Assembly: GCA_963705165.1 (NCBI GenBank)
Contig: CAVPJD010000031.1
Coordinates: 34,819 to 98,818 of the forward strand
DNA length: 64,000 bases
Source: an uncultured delta proteobacterium
GTDB taxonomy: Bacteria; Desulfobacterota; Syntrophia; Syntrophales; UBA2192
Reading direction: 5' to 3'
Shown here: positions 19,669 through 28,248 of the stretch, piece after piece
Layout: each line of letters opens with the position of its first letter
Position numbering within the stretch: position 1 is the first letter of the stretch
Notes under the pieces: model-generated
The model's input: only the letters and a program-made list of their open reading frames with translations
Database searches by the model: none
What the model was told of the DNA's origin: nothing
Translations under genes and position numbers: made by a program

Positions 19669-20415
19669 TTATTTATAGGTTTTCAGAATCTTTTCCGTCG
19701 TGCCCTCCTTCTGCAAATCCGTGAGTGCATTTTCGACAGCTGCTATCACGTTTTGGGGCACTTGTTTGGTGAACATGATGTATTGATAAGCTGCATCAAA
19801 GGGTTTGTTCGCCAGGACGATCTGCTTCGAGAAACCACCATCTTTAATGTCCCATCCCAAACCGAGATCATGATAAAACACCAAATCAATCTCGCGCTCG
19901 CGCAGTTTCAACAGGCTTTCGTGAATCGTTGCAGCCTCCACTTGCCGAATGTCAGGCATTTTCGCGATCAACTCATTGATTGCGGCTCCGCGCAGCACTC
20001 CCACGCGCTTGCCCCGAACTGACATCTCCCCCGTATATTCAAAGGGATCAGAAGCTAACTTAGCGAACTGACCGCGGACTCCATAGACAGGAACGGATGC
20101 GAAGACGAAAGCCTTCTCACGGGCTGGGGATTTCATCAATCCTACAAATAGACTCATTTCATTGTTTTCCATCATCGTGTTGATCCGAGCCAATGAATAA
20201 GTTCCCGTTGGTTCGATGCGGATGTTCTGCTTTGCAAGCTTTTCATTTAGGGCATTGATCAAATCAATGCATATCCCTTTATTTTTTCCCCCATCTACAA
20301 AGTACCGTGGGGGACTATCTTGCTGATATCCAGTCCGGAGTACAGTTTCTGCGCTCCATCCAAAGCTTGTGAACACAAGCGTGCCCAGGACGACATACAT
20401 GATAATTCGTTTCAT
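19669..20415 (-). CDS. Periplasmic substrate-binding protein (SBP family 3-like)
   Basis: Signal peptide. Amino-acid-ABC-type binding-protein length and pattern. GGAGGG RBS. Low-GC region. Confidence 0.75.
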   Translation of the reverse strand: MKRIIMYVVLGTLVFTSFGWSAETVLRTGYQQDSPPRYFVDGGKNKGICIDLINALNEKLAKQNIRIEPTGTYSLARINTMMENNEMSLFVGLMKSPAREKAFVFASVPVYGVRGQFAKLASDPFEYTGEMSVRGKRVGVLRGAAINELIAKMPDIRQVEAATIHESLLKLREREIDLVFYHDLGLGWDIKDGGFSKQIVLANKPFDAAYQYIMFTKQVPQNVIAAVENALTDLQKEGTTEKILKTYK

Positions 20416-20471
20416 GATAGTGCCCTCCTTCCTTGTGACTTATTGATTAAGTAGGCTTTTAAGATGGGTAG

Positions 20472-20969
20472 TTATTTAACCCGCTCCCACACAATATCTA
20501 ATTTTCTGAGCTTGCCATCTAGCGCTCCGATTGTAGGTTCCGCGCTGTGTATCATCCGATTCCCCTCGAACCTGACGGTCCGCACTTGGACGGTGCCATT
20601 CCAGCTTTCATTCCAGGAAATATCCACCTTGATCTTAAGGGTCTTCCCATCGAAGGTGTAAGTCCCACCGTAGGCAATGATGGTCTTATAGAGCTCCACC
20701 AGGTCCTTGTCAGTCATCTTTGTCACATCAGGGATATTGGGCCGCTTGTCAGTAATTATACAAAGCACACGGCCGTCCCTCCCATACATGATATAGCCTT
20801 TGGGTGCCTTTCCGAATACATCCGACGTTTCACCCGTTGCCACAATCGTCCTCTTCCAGCTGACCAATTGCCATGTCCCGTACAGCTCATCTGCGGCAAG
20901 AGCTGAAGCGGATACGAACAGCACCAAGAGCAATCCCACGAGAAGCGATATTGCCTTCGTCGAAGTCAT
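20472..20969 (-). CDS. Lipocalin-like domain protein (secreted)
   Basis: YGTWQLVSWKRT...GKAPKGYIMYGRDGRV pattern of lipocalin-like domains. Signal peptide. GGAGGA sits 7 nt before ATG 20969. Confidence 0.72.
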   Translation of the reverse strand: MTSTKAISLLVGLLLVLFVSASALAADELYGTWQLVSWKRTIVATGETSDVFGKAPKGYIMYGRDGRVLCIITDKRPNIPDVTKMTDKDLVELYKTIIAYGGTYTFDGKTLKIKVDISWNESWNGTVQVRTVRFEGNRMIHSAEPTIGALDGKLRKLDIVWERVK

Positions 20970-21346
20970 GGTCGTGTCCTCCATTCTGTTAGAAAGTCGG
21001 TCTATTGAAGTCAGGAGAGGGCGCTTCAAGAAAAGTAGATAGAAAAGGCCCCAATGGGTGAATCCCCAAAGGGCCGCTCACATGGGCACCTTCCGGTAAC
21101 TCCTATACATACTGCACACCAGAAGGTTAAAGGGGAAATAGATGGATTGATGGATTTCGGATGGGTCTTTTTCGAGAAATATGCTCTTAATTATTTGGAG
21201 AGTCAAGGAGATAAATCGCTATAGGAAGAGCCGTCTTTTGAAAACGCAAGTGCATGATTTACGGGTGAAATGGGGTATTTCAAGGGAAGAGCTTAAAAAC
21301 ACGAGTACAGGAAGAAAGAGACCTTGTCGGGATTTCGTTTACCCGA

Positions 21347-22570
21347 CTATTTAAATCGGTTGAAGACTGCGTGATCAAGGATGATCTGGGCTGCACGCCG
21401 TGCCCCATCAGTGCGTATCTTCGCATGAGTTACCGCACGACCGATATTTTCGACGATCGCATCCGCTAGTAAGGAGGGGGTCGTTTGTCCTTGGGTCATT
21501 TTCACGCCTGCCCCTTGCCGAGACAGGCGATTAGCAATGATAATTTCTTGTTCAGCATGGCCTTCAATGGGGAAGAAAAGGAAAGGTCGTCGCAGAGCAG
21601 TTATCTCTATTGTTGTTGTACCTCCTCCTTGCACGATGGCAAGGTCACAGACGGCTAAATGCTTGTAAAGCTCCGGTACCATGCCATGCCGCTCGATACC
21701 TTGAGGAACATCGAGCGTAGCAGGGTCTATTCGCGGCCCACACACCAGAACCATTCTTAAGCCAGGAAGGCGCTGCGAGGCTATCGGGTAAGCACGGCCG
21801 CAGAGCTCGAGCAGCGAACGTCCCACCGCTGTGCCACCGACTGTACAGACCACGAGCGGTTCAGACCCATAGCCTAGCGCTGTGCTAACGCTTGCCCTGT
21901 CCTTGATCTGGTCGAGGTCGAAGCCAAGTGGATAACCGACAAATTCTATATGGTTCTCCGCATATCGGCGTCTGTTTGGCAGAAACATTCCAAATGGCTG
22001 GTCAGGCACATCTTCCAGTTCACCGAAGAAGATGGCTTTGTTGTTCTGCTTTGCCGTGATCCGTCCCTCCTGTGACCAGACAAAATTCAGTCCCCAGGCG
22101 CCGAGCCGCTCGATTGGATTGTTCGTGGTCTTATCCAGGCCGTAGAAGTCATACATCATTATGAATGGTATATCGTCTGGCAACACCTTCATCCCTAAAA
22201 CGTATGCGACGATGACCTCGTAAGTTTCATTGCCAATAATGGCATTATATTGGCCACACTTTGCCGCTTCACCAAGCACCCTGGCATTGTGGAGCCAGCA
22301 TCCGAGTGCGCGATATACATACTTTGTGAGGCTGAGATGTCCCCCATGGGCTGCCGCTTCAGCCTGATCCGTCTCGCATTGGTACTTCATAAATTCAGGC
22401 GCTAGGATCTCTCCTTTGGCGGCTAGCACATCAGAGGCGGGCGACCCGGCCAGCCAATAAAGTTCTATGCGGGGTTCCATTGCACGCAGTTGGTGGGCAA
22501 TAGCCAGATCGCGAGCTACATGTCCAAGCCCGATAGACCCGCTCACATAAAGCATGCGGATGGCATTCAT
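21347..22570 (-). CDS. Glycosyltransferase (GT1/GT28 MurG-like fold)
   Basis: N-terminal GSIGLGHVARDLAIA and a C-terminal nucleotide-sugar-binding-like GGGTTTIE. GGAG RBS. Confidence 0.65.
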   Translation of the reverse strand: MNAIRMLYVSGSIGLGHVARDLAIAHQLRAMEPRIELYWLAGSPASDVLAAKGEILAPEFMKYQCETDQAEAAAHGGHLSLTKYVYRALGCWLHNARVLGEAAKCGQYNAIIGNETYEVIVAYVLGMKVLPDDIPFIMMYDFYGLDKTTNNPIERLGAWGLNFVWSQEGRITAKQNNKAIFFGELEDVPDQPFGMFLPNRRRYAENHIEFVGYPLGFDLDQIKDRASVSTALGYGSEPLVVCTVGGTAVGRSLLELCGRAYPIASQRLPGLRMVLVCGPRIDPATLDVPQGIERHGMVPELYKHLAVCDLAIVQGGGTTTIEITALRRPFLFFPIEGHAEQEIIIANRLSRQGAGVKMTQGQTTPSLLADAIVENIGRAVTHAKIRTDGARRAAQIILDHAVFNRFK

Positions 22571-22661
22571 TCTAAACTCCTGCTGTTTGATTGCCTACCT
22601 ACCACTTACGACATTGGGAATTTGACATGGCAATAAATATTAGCATTTGGCCAAAATTCAA

Positions 22662-22698
22662 AAGCCTCCAAGAAGGCTTTTACTCCTCTTGGAGGCTT
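22662..22698 (-). terminator. Orphan 12-bp perfect hairpin (terminator-like on minus strand)
   Basis: AAGCCTCCAAGA, 13-nt loop, TCTTGGAGGCTT. The minus-strand tail is TTTGAATTTT. Confidence 0.45.
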
Positions 22699-23490
22699 CA
22701 CAGGACCATTTTTTGGTAACCCCACCTTATCATTTTACGCCTCAAACGGTTAGAGGTTGGGTTGGGGGCTACTGCATAGGTAGTATGGGAAACAGGGTTT
22801 TAAAATACTCTCAATGTGCACAACAGGGACAATGCAGAACCGTTTCTGACCGTGCCCGCATGAGCGGCGTATTCGCTTCCATATTGTTTAGTAAAATGGT
22901 GACGTATTGGACGTATACACTTGCGAAAATGCTTTATCAGCGAATGCAGGAAAATGAAGATCCTAACGAAGAGGCGTCTGAATTGAAAAAGCTAAAAAGA
23001 AGGGATAGTAGAAGAGTAATTTTCTTAAGAAGAATATACACTTGATTACTCAATTGTCAATTCGTCTAATGCTTAACCATATCAACAGGCTACACCCTTG
23101 ATTTCCACTTGAAGTGTTGAATAAATGAGAAATTAGGATAAGTAACGCTTCCAGGAAGGCAGGGGCAAGGATTCGGCTAGAATCCACCGCACGGATCGAA
23201 TCCCACATCAGCCCTATTTTATTACAGTTTTAAGATAAGTGGGGCCGGGTTCTGGGTCGACTTCATCAGCACCGTCCGGCCCCTTGCCTTTCCCTGCCGA
23301 GGGCGTATATTAATTATAGAAGAGTGAAAGCCCGCTTACCCCTGGGGTCCATCTGCCGATCCGGATCCCTTCTCGTTGCACATCCTCTTTCGGTCGTTGC
23401 CGGTTTCTCCATTCCTACAGATAGTGATTGGCTTCTTTCCGGTTTCCCCGGGCGGGCATATTGCCCCGGCGGGCTCGAGGAGGTGTCGCC

Positions 23491-23649
23491 ATGACATTGA
23501 CGTGTGTCGAATGCGGAAGGCTCGTGTCGAAGCTCAACAATGAGAAAAAGTGCGAGGAGTGCGCCAAGAAGGACGAATCCATGAAGTCCTACTTCACGAA
23601 ACTCTTCTTCATCAACCCGGGCTGCGCGAGACTGGTGCCGGTAACCTGA
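23491..23649 (+). CDS. Possible small zinc-ribbon protein (52 aa)
   Basis: MTLTCVECGRLVSKLNNEKKCEECAKK: a CxxC...CxxC pair. GAGGAGG sits 7 nt upstream of ATG 23491. Confidence 0.4.
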   Translation: MTLTCVECGRLVSKLNNEKKCEECAKKDESMKSYFTKLFFINPGCARLVPVT

Positions 23650-23755
23650 TCCTACTGCACTTTGTTGCCTGTAGTTTATTCCACTACTCGGCCTTTCTGG
23701 CTGAAGGGGAATTTCCGGGCCGCAGCCTGAAAGATCATAAAGGAGGTAGCTGGTC

Positions 23756-24010
23756 ATGAAAGACGCATCCATGGATATTTTGCGGTTCTGGAAGACGCAA
23801 TGGGAAGCTTACATGAAGACAATGGCGGCCATGCAGGAACAGGGGGAGACTATGCTGGAGATGATCCAGAAAAGTGGTGTGCTGCAAGAAGGGTCACTAA
23901 ATATGGTCAGGGCGTGGGCGAAAAAATACAAGGAAATCCAGAAGTCTTATCTTGATGCGGTTGAAGACCACTTTCAGAAACTCGACGATATTATTGGGGG
24001 TGCTCCCTGA
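23756..24010 (+). CDS. Hypothetical small helical protein (84 aa)
   Basis: AAGGAGG RBS 8 nt upstream. Terminator follows. No family assigned. Confidence 0.55.
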   Translation: MKDASMDILRFWKTQWEAYMKTMAAMQEQGETMLEMIQKSGVLQEGSLNMVRAWAKKYKEIQKSYLDAVEDHFQKLDDIIGGAP

Positions 24011-24044
24011 GGTGGACAAAATTTGTTAGAGAACGGACAGGACG

Positions 24045-24080
24045 AAGGCAGAGTCGATTGGCTCTGCCTTTTGCTTTTCT
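24045..24080 (+). terminator. Intrinsic terminator
   Basis: AAGGCAGAG-tcgattgg-CTCTGCCTT followed by ttgcttttct. Confidence 0.75.
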
Positions 24081-24229
24081 GCCGATTATTGATTGTAATC
24101 TTCTGCTCTGCAGAAAAATCCATTTTATCGAGTACAGGAAGCACTTGATTAGGACCATCAACGAGCGGGGGCTGCCATCATGATCGCCCGGGTATTCCTG
24201 ATCCGCGGGCACAGGCGGGGTGAACAGAA

Positions 24230-24302
24230 GGTTCGAGGATAAAGGCTCCAGGATCGAGGTTTTTTCTTTGTCCCTCAGTCCTCGTGCCTCGGACCTCGAA
24301 CC
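24230..24302. repeat. Heptad-periodic two-arm intergenic element H5
   Basis: Left arm: ggttcga ggataaa ggctcca ggatcga gg. Right arm: ccctcag tcctcgt gcctcgg acctcga acc. The outer 9 bp GGTTCGAGG / CCTCGAACC are perfectly complementary. Confidence 0.8.
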
Positions 24303-24308
24303 TTTTTT

Positions 24309-24935
24309 CTATGCCAGTTCCTTCCGGCTGGACAGCAGTCTCTGCAGAGCCGTCAGGTTCGTGAGTACGGCAAGGATGACGATCGCCCCCTTGAGGGTGC
24401 AGTCCTGGCAGCCTCCCAGGAGGTAATGATTGATCGGGCCGTTGAGGACCGTCCCGGCGATGAGCAGGATGATGCGCTCGGGGCGCTGCATGAGGCCCCT
24501 GAATTCCTTCTGCCCCAGGCCCTCGGCACGGGCCTTCACGTAGCTCACCATGATGGAGCCCATGAGGGCGAGCATTACCGTGATGAACATCCAACCGCTG
24601 TTGAAGTAGAGCATCAGCCCGAAGTAGACGAAGAACTCCGAGCAGCGGTCGAGGGTGGAATCCAGGAGTGCGCCGAAGCGCGAGGCCTTGCCCGACAGGC
24701 GCGCCACGGTTCCGTCGAGGGGGTCCATGGCGGCCGAAAGCCACAGGACGAACCCGCCCAGGAAGATGGACCCCGTCGCAAAGAGCATCCCGGAGACGAA
24801 GGACAGGAGCATGCCGACGACGGTGATGTGGTTGGGCGAGATGCCGGCCTTCACAAGCGGCACGGATAACTTCTCGGCCAGCGCGTAGCCACGCTTTTCC
24901 ATCCTCCGCCGGAAGCTGCCTTCCTCGTACGGCAT
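24309..24935 (-). CDS. CDP-alcohol phosphatidyltransferase family protein (PgsA-like)
   Basis: Signature DPLDGTVARLSGKASRFGALLDSTLD. Start is ATG 24935 (GAGGG upstream) or GTG 24944. Confidence 0.85.
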   Translation of the reverse strand: MPYEEGSFRRRMEKRGYALAEKLSVPLVKAGISPNHITVVGMLLSFVSGMLFATGSIFLGGFVLWLSAAMDPLDGTVARLSGKASRFGALLDSTLDRCSEFFVYFGLMLYFNSGWMFITVMLALMGSIMVSYVKARAEGLGQKEFRGLMQRPERIILLIAGTVLNGPINHYLLGGCQDCTLKGAIVILAVLTNLTALQRLLSSRKELA

Positions 24936-25035
24936 CGATCTCACGCCCTCATCGGTTCAATCATAACCTTCAAAGCCCCGGCACGCACGGAGTATAGGGA
25001 ATCCGCGGGGTGCTGTCCAGCGAAAACAGGCGGAA

Positions 25036-25138
25036 GCGGCGTGTCGCGGGTAGCGGGTAGCGTGTCGGGGAAATAGGGGGATTTTCTGTCGGCTGTCCCC
25101 TCTTCACTGGCCACTGGTCACTATACCTGGCCCACAGG
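25036..25138. repeat. Heptad-periodic two-arm intergenic element H6
   Basis: Left arm: gcggcgt gtcgcgg gtagcgg gtagcgt gtcgggg. Right arm: cactggc cactggt cactata cctggcc cacagg. Confidence 0.75.
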
Positions 25139-25139
25139 T

Positions 25140-26708
25140 TCACTGAGGGGTTAGCCGCTCCAACGATTGAAGCGCGTTGCGAGCTTCTTCCCTGCTCCCG
25201 AAGGGACCCACCAGGATGCGGTACCAGTCCTTCTGAGGCGCAACGCGTCTTTTCACGATTTCGACCCGGCCAAGATCGGAGCCGATCTTCCCGACATAGT
25301 CCCGTGCTTCACGGGACGTCATGAACGTGGCGGCATGGATGCCGAACGATCCGTCCGGGCGTTTCACGAGACGAGCTTTCCCCACGGCCTGCGGCAGAAG
25401 GACCTGACTGCCGGCCCTGACGAGATCGACGTCCGCGATCTCCGGGTTTGATTCCAGGATACAATCCAGGACGGTTGCGTTCACGAGCCCGTAATGTCGG
25501 GTCGCGATGGACGAGAGGGTCTCCCCCTCCTTAACCGTGAGCTCGTTGACAGGAACATTTGCTTCTGTCGTTTCCTGCGCGACCGATGCCGGTGCCGGGG
25601 CGGCAGGGGGTGCAGGTTGGGCTTCCGGTTTCTCAGCCGGCAAGCCGGGCGCTTGCGCTCCCTGCGTGGACGGCGCCTTGGCTACCTCGTCTGCTTCGGA
25701 GACTTTCTGGCTCGGCGCCGGCTGGACCACAGCGCTCCCGGGCGCAATGCCGGATTTAGGGCTCAGATAGTAGCTTCCCATGAAAACCCCGGCCACCGCG
25801 ACGGCCAGGGCGGCATAAAGCCACGGGGACCGAAGGGCCGACTTCGCTGCGCCCGCGGTGACAGACGAGGAGGATGCCGCCCGGATCAGAGGCGCCGCAG
25901 CCTTGCGGGCATCTCCAACGGTCCCTGCGGATACGGGCTTCTCGGATCGCTCCGAGCCCAGGGTCAGGGCGCGGTCACACAGGGCATTGATGTTTTGGGG
26001 AACCCCGCCGGCATATTTGCAGATGGACGCCAGCGCCTCCGGCGTGAAGACATCGCCGCTGCTTCGGCCGGCCCAGGCCAGCCGATGTTCGATGTACTGC
26101 AGGGATTCATCATGGCCGATGGGAAGAAGACTGTGGAGGATCTGTATGCGCTGCCTGATCTGCCTCAGGTGCTTCGAATTCAGCCTCCGGCTCAGTTCGG
26201 GTTCACCGGCGATGACGATCTGGATCAGTTTGGTCCTGCTCGTTTCAAAGTTGGACAGGAGCCGCAGTTCTTCGATGATGTCATCCTTCATCCTGTGCGC
26301 GTCGTCGAGAAAGATCACGAGATTCTGGCCTTTTTTCAGACACTGGGTCAGGTGTTCATAGAGCTCGTGGAGCATGGAGCCCTTGGTTACGTCTTTGGCG
26401 GCGCCTTTGGCAGCGCGCAGACCCAGCTTTTCCATGAGCTCCTTCAGCAGCGTGTAATACTGGTCATGCGATTGTGAGATCAGGGCAACCTGCGTCCGCT
26501 CGTCGAGCTGATCCATCACCTGCCGGAAGAGCGTGCTCTTCCCCATACCCTGCTCGCCGAAGATGACGATATAGCCCTTTCGTTCCCTGATGCCGTAGAG
26601 CATCAATGCCAGCGCTTCCTTGTGCGTCTCCGCCCGGAAGAAAACCTCGCGATCCGCTCCCTCCCCGAAAGGCATCCGGCTGAACCCGTAGTATTGCCCG
26701 TAATCCAT
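25140..26708 (-). CDS. ExeA/GspA-like AAA ATPase fused to LysM and SPOR peptidoglycan-binding domains
   Basis: MDYGQYYGFSRMPF start typical of ExeA. Walker A GEQGMGKST. LysM-like LTVKEGETLSSIATRHYG. C-terminal SPOR-like WYRILVGPFGSREEARNAL. Confidence 0.8.
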   Translation of the reverse strand: MDYGQYYGFSRMPFGEGADREVFFRAETHKEALALMLYGIRERKGYIVIFGEQGMGKSTLFRQVMDQLDERTQVALISQSHDQYYTLLKELMEKLGLRAAKGAAKDVTKGSMLHELYEHLTQCLKKGQNLVIFLDDAHRMKDDIIEELRLLSNFETSRTKLIQIVIAGEPELSRRLNSKHLRQIRQRIQILHSLLPIGHDESLQYIEHRLAWAGRSSGDVFTPEALASICKYAGGVPQNINALCDRALTLGSERSEKPVSAGTVGDARKAAAPLIRAASSSSVTAGAAKSALRSPWLYAALAVAVAGVFMGSYYLSPKSGIAPGSAVVQPAPSQKVSEADEVAKAPSTQGAQAPGLPAEKPEAQPAPPAAPAPASVAQETTEANVPVNELTVKEGETLSSIATRHYGLVNATVLDCILESNPEIADVDLVRAGSQVLLPQAVGKARLVKRPDGSFGIHAATFMTSREARDYVGKIGSDLGRVEIVKRRVAPQKDWYRILVGPFGSREEARNALQSLERLTPQ

Positions 26709-26837
26709 ATCCGTTGCTCCGCTCCCCGTTGAAAGAAAGACATGCGTCGACGGGCGGGACTTTCGCCCGCCGTCCCGTCGTGAACCCATTTTTTCATTAG
26801 TGGAAAATCCAAGCGTGAAGTCAACAAAAAAGAAACT

Positions 26838-28145
26838 TCAGACCTTCACGTGCAGCACGGGCAACGGCAGGTGCTTCCTCTTCGTCTCGCCGTAGAAGGT
26901 TGTCTGCTCGCGCACCGTCGGGGTGCCCCGCCTGCCCTTCCCGAACTTGTCGATGGGGTGGGCCGCGCCCAGGTGCAGGCAGTGCTTGCCGAACTTCTCG
27001 CGCATCTCGTCGACGGCCTCGTAGAGGTCGCGCACCTTGTCGGCCCGCATGGGGCTCTCGAAAAGGCTGTACTGGACGTTCCGGTCGGGCATCAGATCCA
27101 CGAGGATGACGCCCGTGGCGCGGTAGAGGTCCTCCCTGCGGTAAAGCTCATCGAAGAGCCCCCGCAGGACATCGCACAGCTCGAGGGGGTGGGCCGAGGG
27201 GCGGGTGAGCTTCATCTCGCTTCCGCGGTACTCGAAGTCGTTCATCTTGAGAAAGCCGATGAGCTTGCGCGGCGCAAGGTGATAGCGCCTTGCCTTCATG
27301 CAGGCCGACTCGAGGTTCCGGAGCAGTTGCGCAAAGAGATACTCGGGGTCGCTCGAGGACGGCGCGAAGGTCTTCGTCTTGCTGATGGAGGCGTAGTCGC
27401 TCTTCTCCTCGGCCGTGACGGGGTAGACCGATTCGCCGCGAAGCTCGCGCCAGATCTCCTGGCCGGGCTTGGTGAACTTCTTTTTCACCACGGCCTCCGG
27501 GAGCCTCGCGAACTCCAGGGCCGTCCTGATCCCCATCTTCCAGAGATAGTTCGTCGTGGCGGGGCCGATCCCCCAGATCTTCTCGACGGGCAGCTCCCCG
27601 ATGAACTCGGGAATCCGACGTCCCGGGATCAGGGTGAGGCCCGCGGGCTTCTTGTGCTTGGAGGCCACCTTGGCGAGCACCTTGGAGAGCGAAAGGCCCA
27701 CGGAGACCGTGATCCCCAGCTCGCGCTCGACCTCGCGCTTGATGTTGAAGGCAATCGTCTCGTAGGAGGAGTGCAGGGCCCGTCGCAGGCCCGTGAGATC
27801 GGCGAAGGCCTCATCGATGGAGTACTCCTCCACCTGGGGCGTAAAGCGACGGACGATGTTGTACATCCGCCGCGAAAAGAGGCTGTAGGTCTCGTAGTCC
27901 GAGGGCAGAACGATGAGCCCCGGGCAGATCTTTTTCGCCTCGTGCAGGGGAACGCCCCGCTTGACCCCCAGGGCCTTGGCGGCGTAGCTCGCGCAGGCCA
28001 CGATCCCCCGCTCGCCCCCCGTGATGAGGGGCTTGCCCTTGAGCTCGGGGTGGATCGCCTCCTCGCAGGACGTGAAGAAGGCATCGCCGTCGATGTGGAG
28101 AATGGCCTGCGGCCAGGAGCGGAGATTGACTAGAATTTCGTTCAT
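26838..28145 (-). CDS. Y-family DNA polymerase (DinB/UmuC-like)
   Basis: ILHIDGDAFFTSCEEA catalytic N-terminus, 435 aa. Directly downstream of lexA on the same strand. Confidence 0.9.
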   Translation of the reverse strand: MNEILVNLRSWPQAILHIDGDAFFTSCEEAIHPELKGKPLITGGERGIVACASYAAKALGVKRGVPLHEAKKICPGLIVLPSDYETYSLFSRRMYNIVRRFTPQVEEYSIDEAFADLTGLRRALHSSYETIAFNIKREVERELGITVSVGLSLSKVLAKVASKHKKPAGLTLIPGRRIPEFIGELPVEKIWGIGPATTNYLWKMGIRTALEFARLPEAVVKKKFTKPGQEIWRELRGESVYPVTAEEKSDYASISKTKTFAPSSSDPEYLFAQLLRNLESACMKARRYHLAPRKLIGFLKMNDFEYRGSEMKLTRPSAHPLELCDVLRGLFDELYRREDLYRATGVILVDLMPDRNVQYSLFESPMRADKVRDLYEAVDEMREKFGKHCLHLGAAHPIDKFGKGRRGTPTVREQTTFYGETKRKHLPLPVLHVKV

Positions 28146-28154
28146 AACGAAATT

Positions 28155-28243
28155 GGCTCAAGGCTTAAGGCGTAAGGCTCAAGGCGAAAAAAGACAACAT
28201 CTTCCGTCTTGAGCCCTATGCCCTTAGCCTTTAGCCCTATGCC
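28155..28243. repeat. Heptad-periodic two-arm element H7 (between lexA and the polymerase gene)
   Basis: Left arm: ggctcaa ggcttaa ggcgtaa ggctcaa ggcg. Right arm: tcttgag ccctatg cccttag cctttag ccctatg cc. Confidence 0.8.
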
Positions 28244-28248
28244 TCTCT

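Noticed and set aside
22647-23045. 132-aa + strand ORF (TTG start), and an internal 61-aa ORF from 22860
   Set aside because: It starts inside a perfect 12-bp hairpin and has no RBS, unusual composition and no family resemblance. Left uncalled.
23186-23215. tRNA or tRNA 3' fragment (GGATCGAATCC); similarly GGTTCGAATCC at about 46666
   Set aside because: The sequences flanking the T-loop-like motif do not form a T stem or an acceptor stem, so no cloverleaf can be drawn.
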